From: an uncultured virus (IMG/VR IMGVR_UViG_3300049255_000202)
Lineage: Duplodnaviria; Heunggongvirae; Uroviricota; Caudoviricetes
Virus record (IMG/VR): IMGVR_UViG_3300049255_000202
DNA length: 64,000 nucleotides
Direction: 5' to 3' (one strand)
Part shown: in pieces, positions 10,554 through 20,815 of the stretch
Layout of the letters: the number at the start of each line of letters is the position of its first letter
Numbering within the stretch: the first letter of the stretch is position 1
Translations under genes and position numbers: made by a program
The notes under the pieces: model-generated
What the model was told of the DNA's origin: nothing
What the model saw: the letters and a program-made list of their open reading frames with translations, nothing else
Databases searched by the model: none

Positions 10554-11177
10554 CTATACACCGGGCCGAGCTGTACCGCCGGTTTCGGCCGGGTCGAGGA
10601 GCTTCTCTCCGAGCCACTCAGGCACCCCGTCGAACTTCGAGAACCCGAAGGCCACCCAGCGTTCTGGCTCGGCCGGAAGCGCGAGGATTTGAGAGCCCAG
10701 CATGACCTGGTGGAAGAGGGCCCCCACGTGTTTGATGGCCGAAACGCTCTTGCCGGTCTTGAGTCGGTCGAAGATCCGTTTCGCCGCGGACCGGAACTCC
10801 TCGACGACCCACTTCTCCGACCTCTCAGGTGTGAAGAAGTAGACCTTGTGAACGTGCGACTCGCCTTCGAGCTTGCCCGCTTGGAGGAGCGCGAGAATGA
10901 GCACCCCCTCGAAGAGGTGATCGTCGGTCACGCGGCTCGAGAAACCTCTCACAGTCGGGAACGCTCGGTAGAGTCTTTCGTGCATGTCACCGGGCGGCGT
11001 GCCAAGGAGGCTTCCGTGAAGTCGCTTGAGGCGCTCGAACTGGTCGGTCACACCTTCGCCTCTACACCAGCTCCTCGGCTTTGCCCAAGAAAGAGGTTTC
11101 GCGTCCGATTTGGCGGGCAGTTTGGCGAATTCTTGGGCAACCTCGATCTTGGTGACAGGACCTACACCAACCCCCAA
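10554..11177 (-). CDS. hypothetical protein
   Basis: 207 aa ORF; start uncertain. Confidence 0.5.
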   Translation of the reverse strand: MGVGVGPVTKIEVAQEFAKLPAKSDAKPLSWAKPRSWCRGEGVTDQFERLKRLHGSLLGTPPGDMHERLYRAFPTVRGFSSRVTDDHLFEGVLILALLQAGKLEGESHVHKVYFFTPERSEKWVVEEFRSAAKRIFDRLKTGKSVSAIKHVGALFHQVMLGSQILALPAEPERWVAFGFSKFDGVPEWLGEKLLDPAETGGTARPGV

Positions 11178-11269
11178 TTCTACAAAATGTATACCCCGAC
11201 GCCGGACCGGGGTCTTGATCGTCGGTTAATACACACAGGCAATTATCCTTCGATACGCGCCCCCTAAGT

Positions 11270-11710
11270 GTGAAGCGGTCGAGGGTCCTATACTTCCACA
11301 GGGAGACGAACACGGGGAAGCTCCGCGCCCTCGAAGACCTCCACACCGAGTACTCGAAGAAGGCTCCCACCATCACGGTGAACCCCGCGTACACGTCGCA
11401 GATGTGCCCCTCGTGCGGGTACGTGAGCCGGGAGAACCGGAGGGGGATCGAGTTTCAGTGCCGCTCATGCGGCCGGATTTCACATGCGGACGTGGTGGGA
11501 GCGATCAACTTGCTCGGACGTTCCGAGGACAAACAGGTTGGTCTCGACGATCGCCCCGTCCGCGTGGGGGGCACTTCTGAGAGAGCGATTTCGCGCACGT
11601 CGGCGGAACAGTTCCTCGGAAGCGCCGCGTGCTGAGCTGGCAGCTTCCAGCCGGGGGTTCACTACCGGGGGTTCTTCGCGGAGATCCTCGGCACAGCCCC
11701 GAAAGCCGAA
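11270..11710 (+). pseudogene. tnpB: internally deleted IS200/IS605-type tnpB remnant with 3' non-coding end
   Basis: About 30 N-terminal residues fused directly to VNPAYTSQMCPSCG...FQCRSCG...HADVVGAINLL (zinc finger and RuvC-III); central domains absent. Confidence 0.8.
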
Positions 11711-11798
11711 GGATTTCTCGGGCAGTCCGCCGATTAGATGGGCAACCGCGAATTTTCAGGCAAAGCCCGGCTCATCGTTCCGGTGTAGGACCCTCTCG

Positions 11799-12209
11799 GT
11801 GACGGACGAGCTGCTCGATTGTTGGCGCGACGTAAAGGCGCCGCCGCACGTGCGCACGTATGAAGGCGTGCGCACGAAGAACGGAGCGTGCGAGGTCCGC
11901 GTCACCGTAGGGCACGGTCGGCCGAGGGCGCTGCCCAAGTGCCTCAACGTGATCCGTCACAGCCCCACGGGCTTCGAGTGGGGCTACCCCGGTTCGGGGC
12001 CGGCTCAACTCGCGCTCGCTATTTTGATGGACGCGCTCGGCAAGCATCAGAAAGAGCGCGCGAGGCGACTTCATCAGGCGTTCAAGGCAGCGGTGATTGT
12101 GAACCTCCCGCATGTCACATGGACGCTCACGAGCACGCAGGTGTTCGATGCGATCTCTCGCCTTGAGGGTCCAGGGCGTGGCGGAGATCGCGGTGATCGT
12201 GGCGGATAA
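11799..12209 (+). CDS. DUF6166-like protein
   Basis: RHSPTGFEWGYPGSGPAQLALAIL motif; GGTGTA at 11782. Confidence 0.7.
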   Translation: MTDELLDCWRDVKAPPHVRTYEGVRTKNGACEVRVTVGHGRPRALPKCLNVIRHSPTGFEWGYPGSGPAQLALAILMDALGKHQKERARRLHQAFKAAVIVNLPHVTWTLTSTQVFDAISRLEGPGRGGDRGDRGG

Positions 12210-12462
12210 ACGCCTCGCGTAAGCGGTTGTTCACACATTGATGATGTATTTGTGCGTGGACTTTGGGGTTCGTCACCCAAATGTCCCCCAAATCAGCCCG
12301 CCATCCGTTTTCTTGCCCCGCGGTGGATAGTCCGCTACGGAGGCAAGCGGCTTAGCTTCCAGCGGGCTCCCACGAAACGCGAAGCTGCGTCTTGAGGGAG
12401 CTGCAATCCAACGTCCCCAAAGAGGTGAGAATCCTCGAAAGGGCACCGTCAAGGAGGCAACA

Positions 12463-13164
12463 GTGGACACAGTTATCGCATGGATCTTGGCCTTTATGAC
12501 GACTCAAGCACCGCCCACGCGGCCCGCCTACTACCCGGAGGCAAAGGAGACTCCGGCCGAGGCCACGGCACGGTACACGGAGATCGCAGAGGCCATGCGT
12601 GATGTCGCGTATGATCCCGCCGAGGCTCCTCTCTTCAAGGGACCTGACGGCCGCGCACGCACCGTGAACCTCATCGAGTCCATCGCTCTCCACGAGAGCC
12701 AGTTCCGCAAGGACGTGGACTACGGTCTCGGCAAGTCGGGCGTGGGCGACGGCGGCACCTCGTGGTGCATGATGCAGGTGAAGCTCGGTCACATGAAGGA
12801 CGGGCACACCGAGAAGCGCATCATCCTCACGCCGGATGGTGGGATCAAGTTCACGACGGACCCGACCCAGGGCTACGGCGGGGAGGACCTCGTCGCCAAT
12901 CGTCGCGCGTGCATCCGCGCGGGCCTGCACATCGTGCGGCTCTCGTTCGGGGCGTGCGCTCGGTCGCAGACCGTCGCGCACTGGCTCGACGCCTACGCCA
13001 GCGGAACGTGCGACCATGGCCAGCGCGAGAGCGAGCACCGCATGGGGCTCGCCATGAACTGGTACGCCTCCCACAAGCCGACGTTCACCGACGCCGACGT
13101 TCACGTGACGCCTCAGCAGGACGTGATCCTGACCTCGACGGCTGCCACAAACATGCAGAAGTAA
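12463..13164 (+). CDS. lysozyme-like / lytic transglycosylase with hydrophobic N-terminus
   Basis: IALHESQF (catalytic Glu-Ser) followed by GDGGTSWCMMQV; AGGAGG RBS. Confidence 0.65.
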   Translation: MDTVIAWILAFMTTQAPPTRPAYYPEAKETPAEATARYTEIAEAMRDVAYDPAEAPLFKGPDGRARTVNLIESIALHESQFRKDVDYGLGKSGVGDGGTSWCMMQVKLGHMKDGHTEKRIILTPDGGIKFTTDPTQGYGGEDLVANRRACIRAGLHIVRLSFGACARSQTVAHWLDAYASGTCDHGQRESEHRMGLAMNWYASHKPTFTDADVHVTPQQDVILTSTAATNMQK

Positions 13165-13169
13165 CGAAT

Positions 13170-13205
13170 CGCCGGGGCCTAGCCGAGGCCCCGGCGCGTT
13201 TCCTT
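13170..13205 (+). terminator. intrinsic terminator
   Basis: CGCCGGGGCCT-agccg-AGGCCCCGGCG 11 bp stem followed by a T-rich tract. Confidence 0.75.
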
Positions 13206-13223
13206 CTATCGGCCGGGGTGGGT

Positions 13224-13835
13224 ATGGTAGTCCAGCCCGCGCCGTTTCCGGCCCTCGGATTCGATTGCGTGACCGTCTTGGACGCCGGGCGGGCGTCGGC
13301 CCTCAAGGCGGCCGGGATGAAGTTCTGCCTCCGGTACCTCGGGAGCGTCACGGCCGCCGAGCTGGCGACCATTCTCGCGGCGGGCTTGATGTTCATGCCC
13401 GTCACGTTCTCGAGAGCCCCAGGCTGGGTCCCGACCCAGGCCCTGGGCACGGCGGACGGCCAGCAAGATGTCGAGCACCTCAAAGCCGCCGGCATCCCGC
13501 AAGGCTGCACGGTGTGGATCGACCTCGAAGGCGCGGCCGGAAGTGCGGCGGCCGTCGCTGCGTGGGTCAACGCTCGAGCGGTCGTCATCCGCTCCGCGGG
13601 CTACGACGTGGGCCTCTACGTGGGCGCCGGGGACGTCCTCAACGGCCAGCAGCTCTACGCCCTCGCGAACATCGACCGCTACTGGAAGTCCCTCTCCGAT
13701 GTCCCGACACCGGAGCCGTGCGGCTTCTCGATGCTCCAGCTCTGGAAGACCATCACCGTCGCGGGCACCGAGATCGACGTGGACTGCATCCAGTACGACT
13801 ACAAAGACCGTCTGCCGATGTGCGTGGGAGCCTGA
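13224..13835 (+). CDS. DUF1906 / GH25-like peptidoglycan hydrolase
   Basis: GFDC...LKAAGMKFCLRYL, VWIDLEG, GYDVGLYVG, IDVD motifs. Confidence 0.75.
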   Translation: MVVQPAPFPALGFDCVTVLDAGRASALKAAGMKFCLRYLGSVTAAELATILAAGLMFMPVTFSRAPGWVPTQALGTADGQQDVEHLKAAGIPQGCTVWIDLEGAAGSAAAVAAWVNARAVVIRSAGYDVGLYVGAGDVLNGQQLYALANIDRYWKSLSDVPTPEPCGFSMLQLWKTITVAGTEIDVDCIQYDYKDRLPMCVGA

Positions 13836-13838
13836 TCG

Positions 13839-16421
13839 ATGAGCCTCGCCCAGCGTGTTCTCCGCCGTTTCCTCGCCAAAGAAGGGCACGCACCTTCGCC
13901 CGAACCTCCGACGACGGCCCAGAAGGTCGCGGCGCGATTTCTCCAGGCGATGGAGTTCTCGACGCCCGAGGCGATGAAGGAGTACCTCCACGAGCACCCC
14001 CAGGCCGATCCGTCGAACCACTGGGTGAAGACGAAGGACGAGGCCCATGGGCCGAAAGACAACGGCGGTGGGTCGAAGGAAAAGTCGGAGGAGAAAGAGG
14101 AGGCCAAGGGGGAGAACGGCGGCTCGAAAGAGAAGCCGGAGGTTCCGAAGTCGAAGCCCCTGGCAAAGCCCAAGGAGAAGGCGCGCGTGGGCGTGGCTGG
14201 CCCCGAGGTGCCTCCGCCGCCGGCCAAGCTCCCGCGGCTGCCCAACCTCCGCGAGGACGAGAAGAAGTACGAAGAGCGCATGAACGACGCTTTCGAGAAG
14301 AACCCCGATGGGGCCGCGAAGGCGTTCTTCGAGTCGTGCGAGAAGAACAACTGGGTCTTCGAGACGGACGCGGCGAAGAACTTGCTCCCCGAGTGGTCGC
14401 GGCCGGACCTCCCCAAGGACGAGAAGACGGTCCATCCAGAACGCGCCGAGTTCCGCGGCAAGTACAACGCCGTGCTCCACCAGGCGGCGAACGCCATCGC
14501 GAAGCGAGCGTTCCTCAGTCGTCTGGACGACATCGCGAAGATGCCCGAGGAGAAGCGCAAGGTGCTCGTGACCTCGGGAGGGGTGGCTTGCCATGGCCGA
14601 GGGACACCCATCCTGATGTATGATGGAACCATCAAGCCTGTAGAGGATGTGGCCCTCGGGGATCGTGTGATGGGACCGGATTCCCGGCCCCGTACCGTTC
14701 AGGCGGTGACTCAGGGTCTTGGGCCGATGTACCTCGTGCGTCCCAAGCGAGGGGTGCCGTTCACAGCCAACGATCAGCACGTGCTGTCCCTCAAATATCC
14801 GATGAGGCATCAGCACTCGAAGACCAAGATCGTCAATCTCACCATCGAGGCTGTCCTGAGTCGAGGGGAACGCTTTCGAAAGGGGGCGTTTCTCTATCGA
14901 ACGGGCGTGCAGTACCCGACTCGTCCGGTTCCGTTGGACCCATATTTTCTCGGGCTGTGGCTTGGGGACGGTACAAGCTCCGCACCGCACATCACCTCCG
15001 CGGACCCCGAAATCGAGGTTTTCCTCCGGAGTTTTGTCCAAAAGTACCCGAGACTCCATCTGCGTAAGGGATCGAAGAAACGGAACAAGTCCTCGACCTA
15101 CGCCTTGGCTCTCTCGGGTTCTCCCATCGGCAAGAGTCCGGCCCGAAATCCGTTGACGATGGCGCTCGAGAAATTGGGCGTAATGAACAACAAGCACATC
15201 CCTGAGAAGTACCTCGTGAACAGTGAAGAGGTTCGGCTTGCGGTGCTCGCCGGTCTCCTCGACGCAGACGGGTACTATGATTCGAAACGTATAGGGTTCG
15301 AGTTCATCACTAGGTTCCCAAAACTCGCCGAGACGACCGCCTATCTGTGTCGATCTTTGGGTTTTGGAGTAAGCATGAAGGTGTGCCGAAAGAAGGCGCA
15401 GAACGGCTTCGAAGGAACTTATTACCGATTTTGGATCGCCGGAAATGACCTTCATCGGATTCCTACCCGTATTCAACGCAAACAAGCCGAAGCTAGACCA
15501 TCAATGCGCACCAACGGGCGCACATGTCGTGACGTGCTTCATACGGGGTTTACTCTTGAGCCCCTTGGAGTGGACAACTTCTACGGGTTCACTTTGGATG
15601 GGGACGGACTGTATCTGCTCGGGGACTTCACCGTCACGCACAACTCAGGCAAGGGCTCCGCACTGGCCGCCCAGCCGGACCTCGCCAAGAGCGTCGCGGC
15701 AACATGGGATGCGGCGGGCGAGCAGAATGCGACCGAGAACGAATGGCTGCTCGAGGAGTGTAAGAAGCGCGGGATTCGCCCGACCTTCCTCTTTGTCCAC
15801 GCCGATCCGAAGCAGTCCTGGCCGGGCGTCGTCGAGCGCGCCAAGGGCATCGGCCGCATGGTGGATGCCCAGCTCTTCGCGGACTCCTACGCGGTCGGAG
15901 CAAAGAACTTCGCGGACTTCCACGGCAAGCACAAGGACGAGGCCGACTTCGTGTTCGGCGTCTTCCAAGGGCGAGGCAAGCCGGCGAAGATCACGGAGAG
16001 CATGCCCGAGGAGGCACTCAAGCTCGACGTCGACGACATCTACCAGTTCGCCTCGAAGTACATCGACGAGAAGAAGGACGACCTTCCGGCGTACATCTAC
16101 GACGGCGCTACGATCGGACGGCGAGCGTTCAAGGCCGAGTCGGACAAGAACGCCAGCAGCTATTCCGAGCTATCATTCCGTGTCGCCGCCCGACACATCA
16201 GAGGACGACTCGCCATGGCCAACGCGAAGATGCCCCCGCAGGACAAGAAAGAGCTGGAGCGGATTCGGAAGCTCTTCGAGAAGGGGCTGAGCGACGCCGC
16301 CAAAGATCCGGAGAAGATGAACGAGCTTCGGATCAAGCAGGACCAGCTCGTCAAGCCGTGGGAGGACTACGTCAAGGGCTGGAAGGCCCCGAAGAAGGAC
16401 AAGGGCGAGAAGGACAAGTAG
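13839..16421 (+). CDS. zeta-toxin-like P-loop kinase protein with intein and RVAARF motifs
   Basis: Spliced P-loop reads TSGGVA-SGKGS; FVHADP...VVERAKGIGRMV; QRVLRRF, QKVAARF and FRVAARH motifs. Confidence 0.7.
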   Translation: MSLAQRVLRRFLAKEGHAPSPEPPTTAQKVAARFLQAMEFSTPEAMKEYLHEHPQADPSNHWVKTKDEAHGPKDNGGGSKEKSEEKEEAKGENGGSKEKPEVPKSKPLAKPKEKARVGVAGPEVPPPPAKLPRLPNLREDEKKYEERMNDAFEKNPDGAAKAFFESCEKNNWVFETDAAKNLLPEWSRPDLPKDEKTVHPERAEFRGKYNAVLHQAANAIAKRAFLSRLDDIAKMPEEKRKVLVTSGGVACHGRGTPILMYDGTIKPVEDVALGDRVMGPDSRPRTVQAVTQGLGPMYLVRPKRGVPFTANDQHVLSLKYPMRHQHSKTKIVNLTIEAVLSRGERFRKGAFLYRTGVQYPTRPVPLDPYFLGLWLGDGTSSAPHITSADPEIEVFLRSFVQKYPRLHLRKGSKKRNKSSTYALALSGSPIGKSPARNPLTMALEKLGVMNNKHIPEKYLVNSEEVRLAVLAGLLDADGYYDSKRIGFEFITRFPKLAETTAYLCRSLGFGVSMKVCRKKAQNGFEGTYYRFWIAGNDLHRIPTRIQRKQAEARPSMRTNGRTCRDVLHTGFTLEPLGVDNFYGFTLDGDGLYLLGDFTVTHNSGKGSALAAQPDLAKSVAATWDAAGEQNATENEWLLEECKKRGIRPTFLFVHADPKQSWPGVVERAKGIGRMVDAQLFADSYAVGAKNFADFHGKHKDEADFVFGVFQGRGKPAKITESMPEEALKLDVDDIYQFASKYIDEKKDDLPAYIYDGATIGRRAFKAESDKNASSYSELSFRVAARHIRGRLAMANAKMPPQDKKELERIRKLFEKGLSDAAKDPEKMNELRIKQDQLVKPWEDYVKGWKAPKKDKGEKDK
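14589..15644 (+). mobile_element. intein with LAGLIDADG homing endonuclease (352 aa)
   Basis: Starts CHGRGTPILMYDG, ends FTVTHN followed by Ser; LGLWLGDG and LAGLLDADG motifs; inserted in the P-loop. Confidence 0.93.
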
Positions 16422-17063
16422 TCCTATCTTCCCCTGGCCCAGACGCGGCGTAGGGCTTCGCTGACGAGCTGCCACGCGCGGAGCGCGCTCGGACCCCGAG
16501 CGAAGTTCTCCACGCGCCGGAAGTGTTCGGCCCCGTCGGGAAGCTGGAGCACGGCGTCGTAATGCCCGACCTCTTCGGTCCCGGTGCAGAGGGTCTCGGC
16601 CCGCCGCGGGTCGCCTTGTGGCCACCGTTCGAGCTTGAGGACGAGCATTACTTCTTCGCCTTCGCCAGGATGGCGTCGTAGAGGGCCTTCTCGTCATCCC
16701 AGAGCATCTCGGGGTCTCGCGCGGTCCACCCCGCGGCCACGCTCACGCGGCGCCTCTTGGGCTTCCCAGAGGCACTTGTGACGCGAACCCACGCGAATAG
16801 ACGAAGCATGGCGGCCTCCTAGAGCGTCGTGAGGTGGCGGAGGTAGCCCGCGTGCTGCTCCAACGCCTCGGCCAGTGCCCCCACGGCCCGGTCATATGTC
16901 GTCGCGTCGGTCAGGGAATGTACGTCGTGGTCACGACGGAATAGACCTCGACGACCCAGCGGGGCGAGCCGGAAACCTCGACCATGCGAGGCGGGTGCGC
17001 GACGAGACCTTTGAGTTCAGCGGCGGGGCTCATGGGCGTACTAGGCCCACGCCCTCGCCGGGA

Positions 17064-17726
17064 TCAACCTGGGTTGTCGGGCGGGGTGGGGCTGCACGAC
17101 GGGCACGGATCGAACCATACGTTGGGGGAGTCGCCGCAGTCCCCCAAGATGCGCCCCTCCCCGTGGCAGGTCGGACAGGAAGGGTCGCCCGTGAGCCCAG
17201 GCGGCCTCAGGATGGCCCTCGGAGCGGACTCTTGGGGGGTAGGCGCCTGCCCCGCGGCGGGCCGACGCGCGAGCCCACGGGCGTAGTCCATGAGCTGATG
17301 GACTATCGCCTGTAGGTTCATGTGCGCACGTTCGGCCACGGCGCGCTCGTTCTCCGTGGCACCTTCGGCCTCGGCCGCGAGGGCGGCGCGCTCGTAGTTC
17401 AGGTCCGCACGACCCATCCGGATGAGCATGGCCTCCATGATCGCGAGTGACTGGAGCCGCTGCTCCATGCCCACGCGCTTGAGGGCCATGTTCGTCCAGA
17501 AAAGCTCCGCGGCTTCGTCGGGCTTCACGCCTTCGCCGAATGTGATCTTCCCATCGGGATCGATCGTGACGATGGTCTTGCCCGAACTCGTCGCGAGCGT
17601 GAACCGACCGGGATGCGGTAGGCCGAGTTCGCGAACGAGCCGCTGTTCGATGGCCTCGGGCCGCGGCCCGAGAATGTCATCCCAGTAGTCTCTCAGCCGT
17701 TCTCCGAAGTGGTCAGAATCAGCCAT
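17064..17726 (-). CDS. hypothetical protein with C-terminal CxxCxGxG zinc finger
   Basis: CPTCHGEG...CPSC. Confidence 0.6.
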   Translation of the reverse strand: MADSDHFGERLRDYWDDILGPRPEAIEQRLVRELGLPHPGRFTLATSSGKTIVTIDPDGKITFGEGVKPDEAAELFWTNMALKRVGMEQRLQSLAIMEAMLIRMGRADLNYERAALAAEAEGATENERAVAERAHMNLQAIVHQLMDYARGLARRPAAGQAPTPQESAPRAILRPPGLTGDPSCPTCHGEGRILGDCGDSPNVWFDPCPSCSPTPPDNPG

Positions 17727-18351
17727 AGGCTTCCTCTGACACCGGGGAACTCCCGGCCAACATTTTCAGGTTGAGCGAAGCGTTCAGGTCGCGATCGATG
17801 ACCGACCCGCACTCATCGCCAAGGACGCGCGTCCACGCGGTCGGGACGCTTTCCTCGCGCTCTTTCTCTGCTTTCGTGCGCCGCTTGTGACCGCGCTTGT
17901 GACCGTACTCCGGCGGCTTCCGGTACACCACCCGTGGCTGGATTCGGGCAATGGCAGCCTCGAGGGCCTGCCGGTCCTCGGGGTTGTCGACGACGATCTG
18001 GAACGGGATCTCGTTGTTGCGAGCCATCTCGATCAGCTCCAAAAGGCGCTCTCGGACCTGCTCGTTCATTTCCTCGATGGCCTGCTGGGCGTGCTCTTGG
18101 GATTCGGTGATGGCCTGCCCTGCCTGCTCGTGCGCGAGACGGATGGTGGCCGCCCACGGCTGGACGGACGTGATCGGGATGTCCCCGAAGACCTGACGGA
18201 CGACTCGCCTCGTCACGAGCCTGGTCATGACCCTCGTCGCGAGGGTGAAGAGTCCGAGGAGGAGGATCGCCACGAGGCATACGGCTCGGGTGGGGTGGGC
18301 GTCTACCCACCCTAGAGCCTGGTGCCAGCCGTTGACGAGGAGCTGGGGCAT
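17719..18351 (-). CDS. membrane-anchored hypothetical protein with TAWTRVLGDE tag
   Basis: N-terminal hydrophobic helix; GGTGTA-N10-ATG start. Confidence 0.65.
   Translation of the reverse strand: MPQLLVNGWHQALGWVDAHPTRAVCLVAILLLGLFTLATRVMTRLVTRRVVRQVFGDIPITSVQPWAATIRLAHEQAGQAITESQEHAQQAIEEMNEQVRERLLELIEMARNNEIPFQIVVDNPEDRQALEAAIARIQPRVVYRKPPEYGHKRGHKRRTKAEKEREESVPTAWTRVLGDECGSVIDRDLNASLNLKMLAGSSPVSEEAYG
17739..17811 (-). mobile_element. tnpB: short tnpB C-terminal scar from a different subfamily
   Basis: CGSVIDRDLNASLNLKMLAGSSPVS fused in frame to the end of the 17719-18351 gene. Confidence 0.65.
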
Positions 18352-19082
18352 CGTTCCTTCCTACACCTCAGCCGAGGAAAAAAAGTCAACAACTGCGTCG
18401 CTCACACCCCCCGTAAGGGGCATGGGCAACGCAACAAAAAGCACTTTCGAGGGCCGTGGCCTGCACGAGAGGCCCCTTCCGGCACATAAGGGATCGAGGG
18501 GATCAGGAAATCGTCCGAGCGGAGCAGTTGTCCGCGAGGGTTTTCGCCGGTCCCACGACATAGGAGCGGATCGAGATCCCCTTACAACGGGTCTCCCGCT
18601 TCGACGGCCCCTTATCGCTTTGCCCCCATCCAGCGTGTTTAAGGACAGGAGGAACCATGAATCTGCGCGATTTCTAGCGCATGGCCTTGTCGCACTCGTC
18701 GTCAAGCGATCGGACTCGGCTGCCATCCGGCTCCGCAAGGCGCTCGACATCATGCAGCCGATGATCGCCCAAGCCAAGGCCCGGCTGGAGGTCCACCACG
18801 TGACGGACCTCTGGGACTACTTCCACTGGACCATCGCATGGTGCATGTGGAACGCCGAGGAGCGTCATGCGGGACGCGAGCCCGACCCGTTCGGGCCGCT
18901 GTGGATGTGCGCGCGCCGCGCACGACGTATGTCTACCCGCCGGCCCCCAAGAACCGCCGGAGCCTCGACTACCGTTGGGGCAAGGCGCAGGACCGCGCGG
19001 AGTCGTACCTCCCGAGCATGCCCATGCGCTCGGCCTGGCCGTGGTTCCCCGACGCGACGGTCTACGAGATCGCCCGAGCCGA

Positions 19083-19874
19083 CTAGCTCGAAGCGATGCC
19101 GTAGAAGTACCAGCCGATGATCTTGCCGGTGGACTTCTGCCCGGTGGCGGTGCCCTCGACCTCGTAGAGGTGCATCGACTTCGTGATGTCCCCGACGGTG
19201 AACTGGTCCGTGGTCTTGAAGCGTTCGACGACGAACTTCTGACCAGGCTGCGGATGCTCACGAAGAAGGCTCTCTTTGATGGCCTTCACGGCGTCCGCGC
19301 GAGACGCGAAGATCGGACTCCGGTCCCCGTAGAAGGTCGCGTTGCCGCCGCGAACGCGGAACCCCTCGGGACCGCCCTTCTCGATCTTCAGCTCGGGGAG
19401 CTTCCCTTCCTTGACGAGCGTGATCTTCTCGATCTTGATGTTCGTCGTCGATCCGGCCGGTAGCACGCCCTTCTCTTTGAGGGCCTTCACGATGGCATCA
19501 TGGGTGCCCACTGGCGGGTTCGTCGGAGTGCCGTACCTGCTGCTCAACGGGACCTTGAGCTTGAACTTCTTCTCTCCCGACTGCGACGACTCGCCGATCG
19601 GGATGGCGAAGGCTGGACCCCACTTGTCGTTGTTCTCCATGTCCTTGGACATGAACTCGTAGGCTTCTTCCTTCGTCATGGGATCGCGTCGCCGGATCTC
19701 GTACTCGTTCTTCTCCTTGATCGTGCCCGAGTACGATCCGTGACCGTGCTCGTGGATGGCGTCGTCGATCGCCTGGCGCCACGCCGCCTTGACGTCGGGA
19801 TTCTGGACGTACTCCTCGAACGAGGAACCGCCAGCGCGCTTGTACCGAGCGACGACCTTTTCCGCGAGACCCAT
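19083..19874 (-). CDS. hypothetical protein with N-terminal EKVVARY motif
   Basis: MGLAEKVVARYKRAGG; HEHGHGSYSGTI, DKWGPAFAI, GWYFYGIASS. Confidence 0.7.
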   Translation of the reverse strand: MGLAEKVVARYKRAGGSSFEEYVQNPDVKAAWRQAIDDAIHEHGHGSYSGTIKEKNEYEIRRRDPMTKEEAYEFMSKDMENNDKWGPAFAIPIGESSQSGEKKFKLKVPLSSRYGTPTNPPVGTHDAIVKALKEKGVLPAGSTTNIKIEKITLVKEGKLPELKIEKGGPEGFRVRGGNATFYGDRSPIFASRADAVKAIKESLLREHPQPGQKFVVERFKTTDQFTVGDITKSMHLYEVEGTATGQKSTGKIIGWYFYGIASS

Positions 19875-20180
19875 ACCCCGAGCGGCGCACAAGAAGGTTA
19901 GGCCGTAGGGGTGCCCGATTCGGGGTCCTCTTCCGTCTCGGGGTTTGTCACCGCCGCCATCACCCGTTGCGACATGGAGGCGAGCTTCTTCGTCGCCTCC
20001 ATGAGAACGGTGTCCAAGGCGCCCGCGCCTGTCTCGACAAGGATGATGGTCCCGACCGTCACGCGAACGACCCAGGCGTCCTCGTGGTCGGGGACGCCGT
20101 GGAGCGTGATTTGTACCGCCGCGCTCATCGAGCGGGCGGCCTCGCACAGGCGGCGTAGTCGCTTCATGGTTTCCTCGCGG

Positions 20181-20765
20181 TTACGAGACCGGCTGTGGTT
20201 CGTCGGGGATCGCTGCCACGGGCAAGGGAATCACGTCGGGGTTCATGTACCGCACGAGCGGCCGTCCCGCATTCGTAGACATGTCGCTTGTGCCGAGGGA
20301 GATGGCGTTGTTCGGTCGCCCTCCGCCGCAATGCTCGTCCGGCTCGGCCGTCTTCCATTCGACGTGGACATTGTTTCCGCCCCCGTCGTACCAGCAGAGA
20401 GCCCCAACCGGGATCGGGTCGCCCTTCTTCCACGGGACCCACGCGCCGAGGTCCGTGCCGATCTTCTGGAGCCACGCCACGGCCATGCCGATTTTGTAGG
20501 GCGTGGCAAGGAGCGGGTGTACGCCCCTCGCCGTGTCCACGTCGCCGCACCCGGCCGCGAGAACCCCGAGCGCCGTCGTCGCGCAGTTCGTCGAAATTCG
20601 GACGACACTCTCGGCATTCCAGTCCGTTTCGACACCGCGACATACGAGCGCCTTGAGCCGGTCCTTCCCGCTCGAGAGCGAGCAACCCACGAAATCCTTG
20701 ACGATTCTCGCGAGCCGCTGCCCGTTCGATTCCCCCGGCACGAAGGCGTACTGCGGCAAGTCCAT
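20181..20765 (-). CDS. possible CHAP/NlpC-like amidase
   Basis: TNCATTA...GALCWY...NVHVEW Cys/His arrangement; weak. Confidence 0.35.
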   Translation of the reverse strand: MDLPQYAFVPGESNGQRLARIVKDFVGCSLSSGKDRLKALVCRGVETDWNAESVVRISTNCATTALGVLAAGCGDVDTARGVHPLLATPYKIGMAVAWLQKIGTDLGAWVPWKKGDPIPVGALCWYDGGGNNVHVEWKTAEPDEHCGGGRPNNAISLGTSDMSTNAGRPLVRYMNPDVIPLPVAAIPDEPQPVS

Positions 20766-20815
20766 CTCCCCCTAATCCTTTGAAAAGTCCTCTATGAACG
20801 AGGCAAGCGAACCGC

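Noticed and set aside
11270..11635. Functional miniature TnpB/Cas12f nuclease
   Set aside because: At 121 aa it lacks RuvC-I/II and the wedge and recognition regions, and its 3' frame is shifted relative to the other copies.
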